From Podarcis gaigeae (lineage: Eukaryota), in assembly GCA_964106915.2 (NCBI GenBank), contig OZ066922.1: a DNA stretch of 64,000 nt; one strand, written 5' to 3'. Numbering within the stretch: position 1 is the first letter of the stretch; each line of letters starts with the position of its first letter. The notes under the pieces are model-generated. The model had not been told where the DNA came from. It saw only the letters and a program-made list of their open reading frames with translations, and did not search any database. This document shows positions 13,203 through 25,832 of this stretch, piece after piece. Made by a program: the position numbers and the translations under genes.

Positions 13203-16200
13203 AAAAGAACAAGTCTCTTCTTTCTGTGAATTTATATAACCTTTACACCAGAGCATCTACGACAACCATCTCTTTCTAGTTGGTTTTTGATAAGCCTTAC
13301 TCTGTAAGCTACAGAACTAGTCAACCGCCTCCATTGCATAGGAGATGCTTGAGACCTAAGTATTGCCTCTTCCTATGCAAGCTTGCTTGTTCTTCTAAGT
13401 CTCTGCAGACACCAGAAAGGTGACCCTGGAAAGAAACCTGCCAAATTTCAGACAATTCAGTCCAAAGACTTTAGTGCTAGGCATTATTTAAATTGTTTTT
13501 GCGTTGGGGAGAAGTAAAAGACATTCACTGAAATGTGAAAACACTTCCTCTGTGTACAAGCCTGATGAGCCAATCACAATGGAGCTCTCCTTCAGCTCTC
13601 CTCTATCTCCACCTACGGCAACAAGCTTGCAGACATTATTCCTGCTTTCAGCAGTTAAAAAACAAGGGAAAAGTCTGGGTTACTGAGGTGTCACAATGTG
13701 CTTCAAGAGCCCCCACTTTGATTCGCACCACCTTGTACAGATCCCACTTCAACTCTGACAAATAAACTCTGCTTCACCTTGGGATTCAGGACTGAGCTGA
13801 ATGCAATGCACATCCCTAGTATACGGTATATTTTATATGCTTTATATATAATAAATGGAGAGTACATACTGCTGTATAAAATGATTTTATAAAACCGCCC
13901 AGATTGTCCAGTTCGCCACTATTACTGCTGGTTGCTGATGCATGCTAAATTTTTATTTATTATTGTTGTTTGATAGGTAAACATATATTTGCCTTTCCTA
14001 GCACAGCACTTTGTCTTATGAGGCACCTGGATTACTCAACTCTGCTGGTACGCTCCAAGTACAAAACATGCTAATGTTATTGGAGTCAAAGATTGTGTAA
14101 TAACAAAAAAAATGTACGTAAATGTTATTTCAGGCGTGGTAAAAAAAAATACATATTCAAACAACTGAATTAGAGCACTGAAATAACACCACACATAAAT
14201 GGCTCACTATCATATTATGAGCCAATTGTTCACTAAAATTATATATACCAATTTACACATCTGTCAACTAATGTTGCAGTAATAAAATATAGGTGCCCTT
14301 ATACTAGAGAAACCAGGCCACCTTTTGCAACGATGCACTGATCAGAATTTTTTTCTTCTTGTTTTAAAATTTAGGAAGTGGTAGCACTTTTTTCATTTCC
14401 CTCAGGAAACACACTTGCACTGTAATATAATCCACTGGCAGGAAAGTTTTCGTACTATCCAGCCTACATTTTCTCTTCCTAAATTTTATTGCTCACAAAT
14501 AAATTATATGCAATGCACAGGGATATATCTTCCATTCTTGATGTTCTGTTTCTTCCCTGTCCATTTTTAGCCAGTATGTGCAATATATATACAGCCTTTC
14601 AAAGATTTCCATGTGTATCAACCCCTTCATCTTCATGGTTAGTTTTTTTTTATACTTTATTGAAAACTTTTAAATTGATTTTTTTTATATCCCCTCTTCC
14701 TCTTAAAGGAATCTGGGGCAGCAAAAGTATCTAATAAAAATGCAATTAAAGATAAAATGAAAACATATTTTAAACATTTAAAAACTGTTAAAAACACTTA
14801 GAAATTGCTTTGTGGCTACATATTATATTTTGAATTACAAATCATTTCATTTGTATACTTTGAAATTTTTCTTTCTGTTTACTATTCTTACTCATTAAAA
14901 CAATAAAAAAATCAAAAGCATAGAAATGATGAAGTGCAATAAAATATGCAACCATTTAAGGAAAAATGGCTGCTTTTTATACCATGATTCCCATTTTTAC
15001 ATACCATTGTAAGAGTCTGCTTGACAGCCACATGACATGGAAACCTTAGCCCTGTTGAGACATTCAGCCTTATCAGCCTTAAGGCTGAATACAGAGCCAA
15101 GACTGTACATGCCAGTCCAACGCTTCCTGCAAGTTAGGTGCACCCACTGCACCATCCAAATTGCACATGCCTCTCACTGATATCCGAAGGGGACACCTAA
15201 GTATATTCATCCTAACATGCTTAGAAGTTGCCTCATGATCAGGAACCTTGATAACACAACGAACTTGGGGACAGGAGGAGCACCTTCATCATTTCCCCAA
15301 AAAGGTTCTCCTTTTTTGTATGTTGGGAACATTTTCTCATAACACAGTATAATAGGATACCTAGGGCCTACTTCAAATTAGCTGCTTAAAAACTCACACC
15401 CATAATAAATATGGAAATGTGGGTGCTTAAACTCACTATTACCACACCTCTATTTGAAACCCTAGTGTGCAGTCACTAGTGTGGAGTACAGCATGCCAGA
15501 ACATACACTGCTGTCCCACAAAAATATCATATTCCACCTGAATCAACTATTAGCCCTGCCAATGGCAGCAGGGAGGAGATGATTGTTGCTGTCATTAGAG
15601 ATGGAAAGATATATAAAATATTTCTTTGAAGTTAATTTCCTATCTGAATATTAACTGATTTTTAGTTGGGTAGTTATGTAAATTTCAAGATATCAAAAAG
15701 GATGTGATTCTGTCACTAATATTGTACACACACAGTTTTCACACTCGAAAAATGCTCAAACTCACACTCTGCAAAGGTCAACTTGTACAATGTGCTCCTT
15801 AGCAAAAATAGGACCTGGGAATTATCAGCTGCCTACCAATCATGAGCCCTGTTTGTCCTTCTCTGTGCTTTACTTTTCCTGAAATGCCCCTAAACATATC
15901 AATGAGGCCTATCTCACTACCGGGCAATAATTATATTATCCTTATCCTTATTCTTATTAAAAACACAAACCCTCATAATTGCCAAGCAAGCATTTAACTG
16001 CTGCCAAGCAAATAAATTCATAATACAACAGCAAAAAAATGTGTGAAATATTTGGTCTTAGAAGGTTGGCTACATAAATAATTTATATATTTGCACAGTG
16101 AAGCAGCTATGTCAGGAGGCAGCTACTGGGCTGGGAAGCAATGGCAAGGTATTGGAGGTCAGCGGTGTATGCCAGGCAGCTTACCCTGCCACTCTGCGCT

Positions 16201-16232
16201 AACCCTATTGCCTTCATGTATTCATGGAGGAT

Positions 16233-16618
16233 AGATATACATGGGTGGCGCTGTGGTCTAAACCACTAAGCCTCTTGGGCTTGTTGATCAGAAGATCAGC
16301 AGTTTGAATCCACTCAACAGGGTGAGCTCCCGCTGCTCTGTTCCAGCTCCTGCCAACCTAGCAGTTCAGAAGCATACCAGTCAGGGCAAGTAGATAAATA
16401 GGTACCACTATGGCAGAAAGGTAAACAGCGTTTCCATGTGCTCTGGCTTCCATCATGGTGTTCCATTGAGCCAGAAGCAGTTTAGTCATGCTGGGCACAT
16501 GACCCAGAAAGCTGTCTGTGGACAAATGCTGGCTCCCTTGGCCTAAAGCAAGTTGAAGGCTGCACCCCATAGTTGCCATTGACTGGACTTAACTGTCCAG
16601 GGGTCCTTTACCTTTTAC
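16233..16618 (+). mobile_element. Sauria SINE, full length
   Basis: gggtggcgctgtggtctaaaccact head, gtagataaataggtacc core, (ACCTTT)n tail; probable TSD catggaggat / catggacgat. Confidence 0.9.
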
Positions 16619-17122
16619 CATGGACGATGCTGTCCCACTGGCAGCACTGGGCTTTTGTAAGTGATACAAGAGAGAGGGTGCTTCTCTGTCAGCAAAATGT
16701 CTTGGGCTGGTGCTGGTTGTGTTCAAACATTACGGATTATCTGTGAGCTTACGAAGTCAATTTGGTACAGGCAACTAGAGTATATTTTTACAGCAAAGCT
16801 GAGCTAAATGGCATACAACTGGAAAAGAAACATCTACAAATCTAGGCAGGTATTGACTGCAATTATGTACAATTAAGAATTAATGTTTCCTATATAATGA
16901 AAACACTACTACATCAATTAAATTAGGACTTTTTCATTAAATATGTAAGTAAATAAACAACAAAAAGTGATTCTGTCTTCTTATTTTTGCTTGGTTTCAA
17001 CAAAGTAAATCTACTTGTGCTTTCACATATGCACTTCGCTAATATTTCATTAGAATGAAGAAACAGGATGAAAAAAAAACAAAAAGTGCACTTAAACTAT
17101 GGACAAGATGTACTGATCTTAC

Positions 17123-17332
17123 CATGACCTGAGGCAAAAACTGAAACAGGACCGGTCTGTACTAGATAAGAGCTGGCAGTATAGTCCTCATCAGTGTCAG
17201 AGTCCTGAACTGGCTGGATAGCACTAGTACTTAGCAACCATCTTTGGTTGTCATGGAGATTAGGTGATGGAGGAGGGGAATGTAAATGTTCAATAACGGA
17301 TTGACTAGATGAAGAGGATGGCATGGGAGGAC
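17123..17332 (-). CDS. TENM3: Internal (probably cassette) exon of a teneurin, intracellular-domain Pro/Ser-rich segment; best match teneurin-3
   Basis: Minus strand: acceptor ttttttccttag|GT (AG at 17333-17334), 210 nt open frame (G)PPMPSSSSSQSVIEHLHSPPPSPNLHDNQRWLLSTSAIQPVQDSDTDEDYTASSYLVQTGPVSVFASGH, donor CATG|gtaaga (GT at 17121-17122). From recall, the peptide parallels the teneurin-4 insert (SPPPSPPANESQRRLL..DSDSEEEFVPNSFLV) and teneurin-2 (DTNPDEEFSPNSYLL). Phase 1/1 fits insertion at the TENM3 SEN/EQP junction. The paralog call is less certain than the teneurin call. Confidence 0.85.
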
Positions 17333-17379
17333 CTAAGGAAAAAAATAAAAATATATATTTTTTTAAAAAATGGTTAGGG
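17333..17379 (-). promoter_or_regulatory. 3' splice site: branch point and U-rich tract
   Basis: Minus strand CCCTAAC (17373-17379) matches YNYTRAY, followed by an A/U-rich tract and ttttttccttag with no intervening AG. Confidence 0.7.
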
Positions 17380-18206
17380 TTGTATGAGTGACAGATCAAA
17401 AAATACTGTTTACATCCTTCAAATTATATCTACTGTATTTATAAAAGTTTAATAAATCATGGTCAAACAAAATGATAGCACATAATGAAAATGTTCATTT
17501 GAAATTCATGATGCTATGGATAGCTTCTGGTATTGACATTGTATATATGATGCTTGTTTTCCTGAACAACTTAGTTTTTAGAACCTAGTTGTACAAAATA
17601 GCAGAACCGGATAATTTAATTATTCAGTTTCACTTTATTTTAATATTAATTTAGAGTTTTAAAACATCTCTGACTGCAAACTTTGACTCAATGGTTCTGC
17701 TCTGGTTTCAGAGACTAAGAATTTGCATAGCCCACTTGCTTTAATCTATTTCTTCTTTATTGTGTCTGTAGAACAGAACAGAGCACTTTGGAATCTGTAA
17801 TCCTGTACAGGACAAACATCAGTATGTTTTACAAATAGACTGCAAGACAGGAAATGACAGGAAGTGAATATGGATTTTATACTAGCAATAGAATACTTTT
17901 TCTTTCCAATATAATACTTTTTGAATGGGGGGGCACCTATACATTTGACAAATCATTTTGCTCAGACTCTTATCTCCTGCATAGACAATGATATTTCCCC
18001 CCTTTAGGCATGAAGAGACTGGCCTAGATTTAAGAAACCTAGAGATCCATTTTCACAAAATTCCATGTTGCTAACATGCATGAATAATTTTTCAGATTTC
18101 ATTGTATAGATAACAATTGATAACTATACACTGATCCAAGCTGAAATCCCACCTTACACATGGACTCATTGATCACATATTCAAATGTCTTACTTATCAA
18201 AGCATG

Positions 18207-18402
18207 TAATTACAGGTAGGTAGCCGTGTTGGTCTGCCGTAGTCAAAACCAAAGAAAAAAAATTCCTTCCAGTAGCACCTTAGAGGCCAACTAAGTTTGT
18301 TATTGGTATGAGCTTTCGTGTGCATGCACACTTCTTCAGTATCTGAATAACAAGCTTAGTTGGTCTCTAAGGTGCTACTGGAAGGATTTTTAAAATTTTG
18401 TT
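18207..18402 (-). mobile_element. Penelope-like element terminus with inverted partial copy; contains hammerhead core
   Basis: 13-bp TSD ttatcaaagcatg (18194-18206, 18403-18415); inverted arms 18264-18304 / 18346-18386; homologous to copies at 33726 and 59230. Confidence 0.8.
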
Positions 18403-18414
18403 TTATCAAAGCAT

Positions 18415-18765
18415 GGTTTAGTGTGACATGAATGAACCATAGCAAGCCTTGGGATCACATGCTTCCTGTCTCCTCCCCCCCCCCCCCCTGTGGCTGCAAG
18501 GAGTTTGGAGGCTTCTATTTTAAGTCACCCAGAGTGACATGTTATCTGGAACTATGATTAATATTAACTATGGCTAGTTCAAATAAGCCAACTAGACAAA
18601 CCACAGTTTAAAGTTGTGTTTTATACTAATTAGAGCAACGTCAACCACAGTTTGTAAGTCCAGATGGCATGACAAATCATAGTTAACCAGAAGTGGAAAT
18701 GAAAGCTTCCGATGTCCTCCTTGCAGATGTATGGAAAGAGGGGAGGAGTATGTGAAGTTTGATCA
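18415..18765. mobile_element. Old inverted-repeat DNA element
   Basis: Degenerate inverted arms (cacatgcttcctgtctcctcccc vs ggggaggagtatgtg; repeated aaccatag/aaccacag/ctatggct motifs). Confidence 0.35.
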
Positions 18766-20738
18766 TGTCCATTAGAAGATTTTGGAAGTGTCACTCTTGT
18801 ATTCAATGTCCCATCTTATAAAATGGAACAGTGGCCATCTACCATATCATCTTAGCCTTAGGACATGACAGAAGTAAATCTAATTATGTGTGTATACGCA
18901 AACTATAAAGTTACACTTCAAAAAGTTCATAAAATGTTTTCTGTTAAAACAGGATCATATGCAGCTGAGCCAGAAAAAAAATGCATAGGTAATATATTAT
19001 ACCATAAAATGGCCAGATTTCAGGCATTCTCTTCTCTCTATAACACAATGGCTATGTAATAAGTGACTTTTAATTATGAATCCATTTTATATTATAGACC
19101 CCCTGTATGCTATCCAACCTGCATAACTTGGCACTGGCATTTATCTCTCTGCTGGATACTAGAGCCTTTTGCAGTCAACCTGTGGTGACAGTTATCTCTT
19201 AATTAAAACCCTACATGCAAATAGCATTACTGAAAAGTGCTGTAGCAGAGCGCACACAAAGCACTATTATTTGTAACGGCACAGGCCTTGTTATCTTCAG
19301 TTTTAATACTGGGCACTAGTGTACTTAGTGTGAAGTTCTCCCTCTGGGAAATATGCTTAACAAATTCTTATTACTTAAGATAGTAATAGATATTTCCATA
19401 GTCGTGACACATTAGTTTTTTAAAAAAAATTTTTTTTTACAATGCTCCTTCTTTAAAAGCAATTTTTATGCAACGTCTCTTTTTTTAAAAAAAACACTTA
19501 GACAACAAAAACCAACAACGTAGTGGATGATGACCCATTTACCCTTGCATCAAGAAGTATGCTTTTGAGTTTCAGACTCCTCCGAATTCTAATGAACTGT
19601 CAGCTATATCTCAAGATACAAATCTGAGAAGAAATGATATACTCCCTTAAATGGAGCATTCAAAGGTGTCATTTATAAACAAAAAGGGTGATTACTTAGG
19701 TGTTCATTTGAACTCAATAGTAATTCTTACAGAGCAGAAGCAGCTGAAGTTCATAAAACACGAGCTGGGGTTCTACCATTGTCACATCTTTTCCTTCAAA
19801 ACACCCCCCAATCATTTCTCTATGCTTATTATGCTCCCCTACCCTGGGGAATTCCCACACAAAGCCTTTGCTTCTTCTTCATCATCACAAGCTTCCAGCA
19901 CAGTTCACTTACTGCTTCTTTCCTAGACTCAGTTTACCATCACAACAGAACCCGCCCTTCACATCATTGTTTATATTTTGCTGCTTATTCATCCTCTTCT
20001 TGGGTTTCCTTGATTCTACTTCATGTCTGGAAGCAGGGCTTGGTACAGAACATGCCTCTGTTGTTATCGCAGCATATATGCTCAGAATGTGAACTGAAAT
20101 TGCCCGATATTTCTATGTGGCCACCAGATGTCTACTCCCTTTTGAAAAGAACAAGAACATTTTGCTTAGAGGTGTCATAAAAGCGACACTCTTCAAAGCA
20201 TCTACCCAAAGCAGGAGTAGATGCTGGCTTATTAGACTGAAAGGCGCGCTCTCTCACCAGGTTCAGGCAACCCCCAGCCTGCCCATTTCCTTCCTGCCAG
20301 ACTCCTTACTTACCACCAGTCCAGAGGTTGGCACTGGCTATTGGCGCTCTCCTTAGCAGGCAATTCTTCCCTATAAAGAGTTAGAGGCATATCTTTATAT
20401 CTTATATCTTATAAAGATATAAGATGTTTTAAGGGGAGCTGTAGTCTTTGCCCACAATGAAGCAGTAGGAGGAAAATGAGATGTTGGCGGAGAAAGAAAG
20501 GCTGTCAAGCTTGGTGAATGGATTTTGGCCCCTCAGGCTGCTCTGGCTCTGGGCCGTGCTCTCTGCCTAAGAAGAGCTGGCACATGTTAAGTACTAAGGA
20601 AATGTGCTGCAGTAGTTAAGAGTTGTTAGTGTCATTACGCAAGAGGAGGAAAGAACAAAACCAGAATTAGCTGGCTTTGGCAACAATTCACCTCTTCCCT
20701 CTGGCCTACTATTACCACTGGACACAGGCTGCCACTGA

Positions 20739-21741
20739 ATATAATAATAATAATTTATTATTTATACCCCGCCCATCCGGCTGGGTTTCACCAGCCACTC
20801 TGGGAGGCTTCCAACAAAATATTAAAATACAATAATCTGTCAAACATTAAAAGCTTCCCTAAGACAGGGCTGTCTTCAGATGTCTTCTAAAAGTCTGGTA
20901 GTTGTTTTTCTCTTTGACATCTGGTTGGATGGCATTCCACAGGGCAGGAGCCACTACCGAGAAGGCCCTCTGCCTGGTTCCCTGTAACTTGGCTTCTCGC
21001 AGCAAGGGAACTGCCAGAAGCCCCTCGGCACTGGACCTCAGTGTCTGGGTGGAACGATGGGGGTGGAGATGCTCCTTCAGGTATACTGGACCGAGGCCGT
21101 TTCGCAGCGGTTCTCAACCTGTGGGTCCTCAGATGTTGTTGGACTACAACTCCCATCACCCCCTGAGCTCTGGCCTTGCTAGCTAGGGGTGATGGGAGTT
21201 CACCAACATTGTAGTTCAACAACATCTGGGGACCCACAAGTTGAGAAAGGCTGGTTTAGGGCTTTAAAGATCAGCACCAACACTTTGAATTGTGCCCGGA
21301 AATGTACTGGGAGCTAATGTAGGTCTTTGAAGACCGGTGTTTTGTGGTCTCGGTGGTTGCTCCCAGGCACCAGTCTAGCTGCCACATTCTGGGTCACCTT
21401 CAAAGGTAGGCCCACATAGAGCGCATTGCGGTACTCCAAGCGAGAGATAACTAAAGCATGCACCACTCTGGTCCGCAGGCCGATAGACAGTCCGCAGGCA
21501 GATAGGGTCTCAGCCTGCGTACCAGATGGAGCTGGTAAACAGCTGCCCTGGACACAGAATTGACCTGTGCTCTATGGACAGCTGTGAGTGCAAAATGACT
21601 CCCAGGCTGCACACCTGGTCCTTCAGGGGCACAGTTACCCCATTCAAGACCAGGGAGTCCTCCACACCTGCCCACCTCCTGTCCCCCCAAAACAGTACTT
21701 CTGTCTTGTCAGGATTCAATCTGTTAGCCACCATCTATCCT
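20739..21741 (-). mobile_element. L2 LINE, 5'-truncated, frameshifted
   Basis: RT C-terminal remnants MVANRLNPDKTEVL, LGVILHSQLS, AQVNSVSRAAVYQLHLVRRLRPYLP; (TTA)n tail at about 20739-20765; possible TSD ccactga (20732-20738, 21742-21748). Confidence 0.9.
21105..21253. mobile_element. Palindromic hAT-type MITE nested in L2
   Basis: Arms cagcggttctcaacctgtgggtcc / ggacccacaagttgagaaaggctg interrupt the L2 at ccgttt|agggc. Confidence 0.85.
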
Positions 21742-22914
21742 CCACTGAGGAGCAGCACAGTTAAGTTCATGGAAAAACTAGTTTTAGTGGTGTGAAATTC
21801 CTAGTTAAATTATTCAACAGTAGGAGACAGCTCAAACTGTGCAATTAAAAGAAGTCTGTGTACGAATTCCCCACAAAGAGAGAATTTTTTTTTTTTAAAT
21901 GTTGTTGTAGCTATTATGGCAACAGCCGCTACCTAGCTAGTACATCATTAAAGGAGGTCAAGTTAAGCAATTTACAATCAAGTATGGCTTTCCTCCAACT
22001 TTAGCAAGTAATTTTGTATGTGACGATCTGAGCTCTAACTAGCATACATTCAGTTAGACTAATCTGGCATACTATTCTTGCTGGGTACTTTTTTGAAAAG
22101 CTAGCAAGCGTAACACATTGCTCTGTGCCAAAGCCAAAGTCTGTATAGCCAGACAGAACTCGGCATGAATCTCAAGTTAAACATAAGGGAATGTTTCAGG
22201 GGGTTGAGATTCATAAAATATTGTTTTCTTGGTGCACAGGCCAGCGAAATCCACAGTCGAAGTTCTTTTGTGAAGCTAAACTGCCTTTAAGCAATGAAGC
22301 AGTATAAAGGAGACAGCCCTTGCATCTTTAGAAAAGCTCCCAGTCCTGGAATCTGGGCAGGGACCCCCTGACTGTTTCCATTCTGAAGGGAGCCAACTCT
22401 TTTTAAAGCTTCCATGCCTAATTATGCACAGCTGCTCCTGATTAAAGCTGAAGCAGGTAGACTCAGTTTTAGGAGATGCTCTCTTAACAGAAAATCACAA
22501 CGGTCCTTTAAAGTCTAACTCTCCTAAATATGAACATCTGATCATGCTTAGCTTTCCCAAATGTCTTTTCAGTTGTATACACACTCCCTTTTGGAATAGT
22601 GAAACAAAAGTGCATTGCTTAGGTCACACTGAAATCAGATTTATTTTATCCTAACAAGACTCCTGTGCTGGGCCTCAGACAAACTCTGCGTGGGCCTGCA
22701 TACAACTATCTGCATCCATGCCCTATTCGTACTTAATTGGAATAATAGAATCAACAGATCAGAAGATGGGGGAAACACAAGAACAATACCATGAACACCT
22801 ACTGATATCAATGGGAAAAACTAAAGTTACTCCACATATTCAAGTACTTCTGGGTGTGGACTTCTCGAGTCTAAATTGAATGGGGGAAACTGGAGTAACA
22901 GCTAAATAATTCTC

Positions 22915-23240
22915 AAATGGGTCTCAAACCGTCCATGAGTGAGGGACTTCCCCTGCGTGCGAAGACAGGCTCTGGTGGATTCAGCAGACGAGAATAATAG
23001 TGGGTTCAATGATCAAGAAGGAAGTTCCTGTAGTTGCTGTAGAGCAGGCATCCCTAAACTTGGCCCTCCAGCTGTTTTGGGACTACAATTACCATCATCC
23101 CTGACCACTGGTCCTGTTAGCTGATGGGAGTTGTAGTCCCAAAACAGCTGGAGGGCCGAGTCTGAGAATGCCTGCTGTAGAGGCAAGTGAGGGGCAGGAG
23201 GGTATCTTTGAGAGAAGAAAAGGCTAAGGAGTAAACTCCA
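22915..23240 (+). mobile_element. Second, internally deleted copy of the RTE 5'-UTR-like element
   Basis: gagtgagggactt..tgcgaagacagg..gatcaagaagg..gtgaggggcag..aaaaggctaaggagtaaac aligns by eye to the reverse complement of 7580-7900. Confidence 0.6.
23045..23174. mobile_element. Palindromic hAT-type MITE
   Basis: Perfect 8-bp TSD ctgtagag (23037-23044, 23175-23182); ends CAGGCAT / ATGCCTG. Confidence 0.9.
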
Positions 23241-25813
23241 TATACACTGCGCAGGCTTGCTCCCTGGAGATGTCACTGTGTGGTTTGACTTTGACCCTGG
23301 AAGCATACTCCATTGCCTTTAGAGCCAGACGGATGCCAACAACAACAATGCTCAAATGTGGACAGGCCCTAAGAATGTGAGAGGACCCCAGTGGGGGCAG
23401 TCTCAGTGGAGCTTTTCAGCCAGTCTGGCAAGACACAAAGGTGTCAGGACTTGACGTGGAGCTGCGTGGCGATAATCTACATTGGCAAGACACAGCACGA
23501 CATGCAACAACTTAAAAGCCTGTGTACAGGAGAGCTTGGCTCTGGTCCCACGGATGTGGGGAGTGGGGGGAGGGAGAAGACAAAGGGAGGGAAGAGAGAT
23601 AGAGCACAGAGCGGCAAAGGAAGGATGTGAAGAAATACGAGACACAAAGTGAGAAGACCAAAGAGTTTTAGAACACAGGAGCAGCAGAGGGAAATTGCCC
23701 TTCCATAGTGAGGGCTAAGGGGAGGACAGAAGGAAAGAGGAACAGGAAATACTGGTCTGGGGCTGTTAACCCCACTAGTGAGCCAGAAAGGGGAGGAAAG
23801 CATGTTAAGAGAAGGAAAGCTGAATGTAAAAAACAGGGAAGGTCCTGTGATGACCAGGGGAAATTTCTAAGGATAAGAGACTACCTGGGGGTATGGAGAA
23901 CTCTTGGGACCAGAGCCAGGGTGCCAGCTGACAAGGAAGAATAATCAAAGGTGTCTAGTGCATATTTGCAATCCAGACAACTTTCATAATTACTATCTGC
24001 AGATTTTAGTCTTTTGGTGGATTGTCTGATTCATTATTAAGACTGGTGGCCATAATGAATTAAGGTTGTTAGGAAATAAATGCCTTTTCTTATTCATCTT
24101 ATAAGGATCATCACCACCAATTAAGGAGCTAGGAGGTGTAATTATTTGAGAAAGCATACTTAAATTGGCTGAAACAAATAGTTAATTGCTTTTGGCACTA
24201 TCAGACTTAGTATTATATCTGGCATTCTACTGGCAATCTCAGCAGCAGCTATCCTACAAAATAATTCACACAGATCATGTATAAACTGGAAGATTATTTG
24301 AGAAATAGAAAAAATACAGAAAAATTATTAAATGTTGCCCCACATAATAGTGCTCTCACAACTAAAATGACATTTACTGGACACTGATGTTCTCATTATA
24401 CTGAGTCTGTAATTTATTTCTCTGCTGGAACAGAACTTAGGAGCTAGGCCCATGTGGAGAAAATGTTCTTGCCCATAGAACAAATGGAGCACCACAGGCA
24501 GGAAGCTGGAAAGCTTAAATAAAAGACCCTAATATTATCACCCAAACTTAGGACACCACTGGCTTGGCTAAGACAACACAGCAGTGCAAAAAGGGACTGG
24601 AGGCTTAAGGGTCAGAAACTCAGGAAATAACAGCTCAATTCAGATACCACTATGAAAAGTAGCATCAAATAGCAGATGCTGAATATTTTTCAGCTTGAAA
24701 GTATGGATACTAGTTTCCCCTGTGAATACAAAATGCACAGTTCACACATTCTGTTGTTAGAGGAAGCCTAATTTACATACTTTGCACAACCCAGATTGCA
24801 ATCTTATACAGACCTACCTGGGAGTAGGTCTGTATATATACCAGATTTCAATGTAATAATCCATTTTTGAAAGAATTCATAAATTTTTAGAGATAGTTGG
24901 AGTACAAGACCGGTTTAATGTGGGGGCAAAGGAGCAGGGAGAAGGAAAGAAATAAACTTACTTGTAGAAAAGGCTAAGCAGGGTATCACAAAAATAATTT
25001 TGGCCTTAACTCAAGCTTAGAAGGAATCTGCCCCATATCATTATTTCAAAATGTTATGTGTTATGAAAAAAGAAGTTGTAATGAATGTTCCTTGGAACAG
25101 TATTACCAAAAAAACAAAATAAAGACTAGAATAGAAGTCTTTTTAAAAATCACAAAAGCGACCAATTTGTGTAATACAAACAAAACCAGTTATGCCTTAT
25201 AATTCTAATCTAAACGAAAATGAAAAACACAGATGAACATGTAGACCACAACCAATTTTAGCCCAACAAGAGGGGGGAAACAATTCCTAGGACAGAGGAA
25301 ATTATTGTTTACACAAGCCTAAAACCAGGAGTAACTAACGCTTTCACAAAACAGCTTCCAAGTACTTCAGCGTATGTTCAGGGATGAAAGAAATGCCAAC
25401 TAGGCCATCCAAATCTATCAACAGACAGAGGTTATCCATCTGTTTGAAGGAGCATGAAAGCACAATCCCATCTGAACGCTGTGCAAATTCAGCAGCAACT
25501 GCTTTTAATCTAAATAGTTGAAGCAGGCAACAGAAACCCTTTAAGCCTGCAAAATTCTAGGGGAAAAATCATTGAAATGTTTAGCTTAAGATGCAGTTCA
25601 TAAGAAAGCTTAGAATGAGCAAGATGAAAGAGTGTACAAATAAAGTGGCTAAAGGAATAGATTCGAAAACAAGCTGCTATTGATCAACAAATTGTCATTT
25701 TAATAATGCCAGCAAAATTATCTTCTTTGTCTCCCACTTGCAACAAGAGTTTTGCTTGAGTGCTATTCTGATGCACTGTACTGTGTGTGAATTGTTAAGA
25801 AAACTAATAATTT

Positions 25814-25832
25814 GGGTGGGTGGGTGGGTGGG
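25814..25832 (+). repeat. (GGGT)n, G-quadruplex-capable
   Basis: gggtgggtgggtgggtggg. Confidence 0.85.

Larger units (their letters stand above)
1..17122 (-). other. TENM3: Teneurin intron downstream of the exon
   Basis: Inference from the donor at 17122; next exon (EQP..LETRHFLFK region) not recognised in window. Confidence 0.65.

Noticed and set aside
17097-17399. ORF-track 100-aa protein as a standalone gene or terminal exon
   Set aside because: The N-terminal part is the acceptor tract and a strong donor lies at 17122; it is an internal exon.
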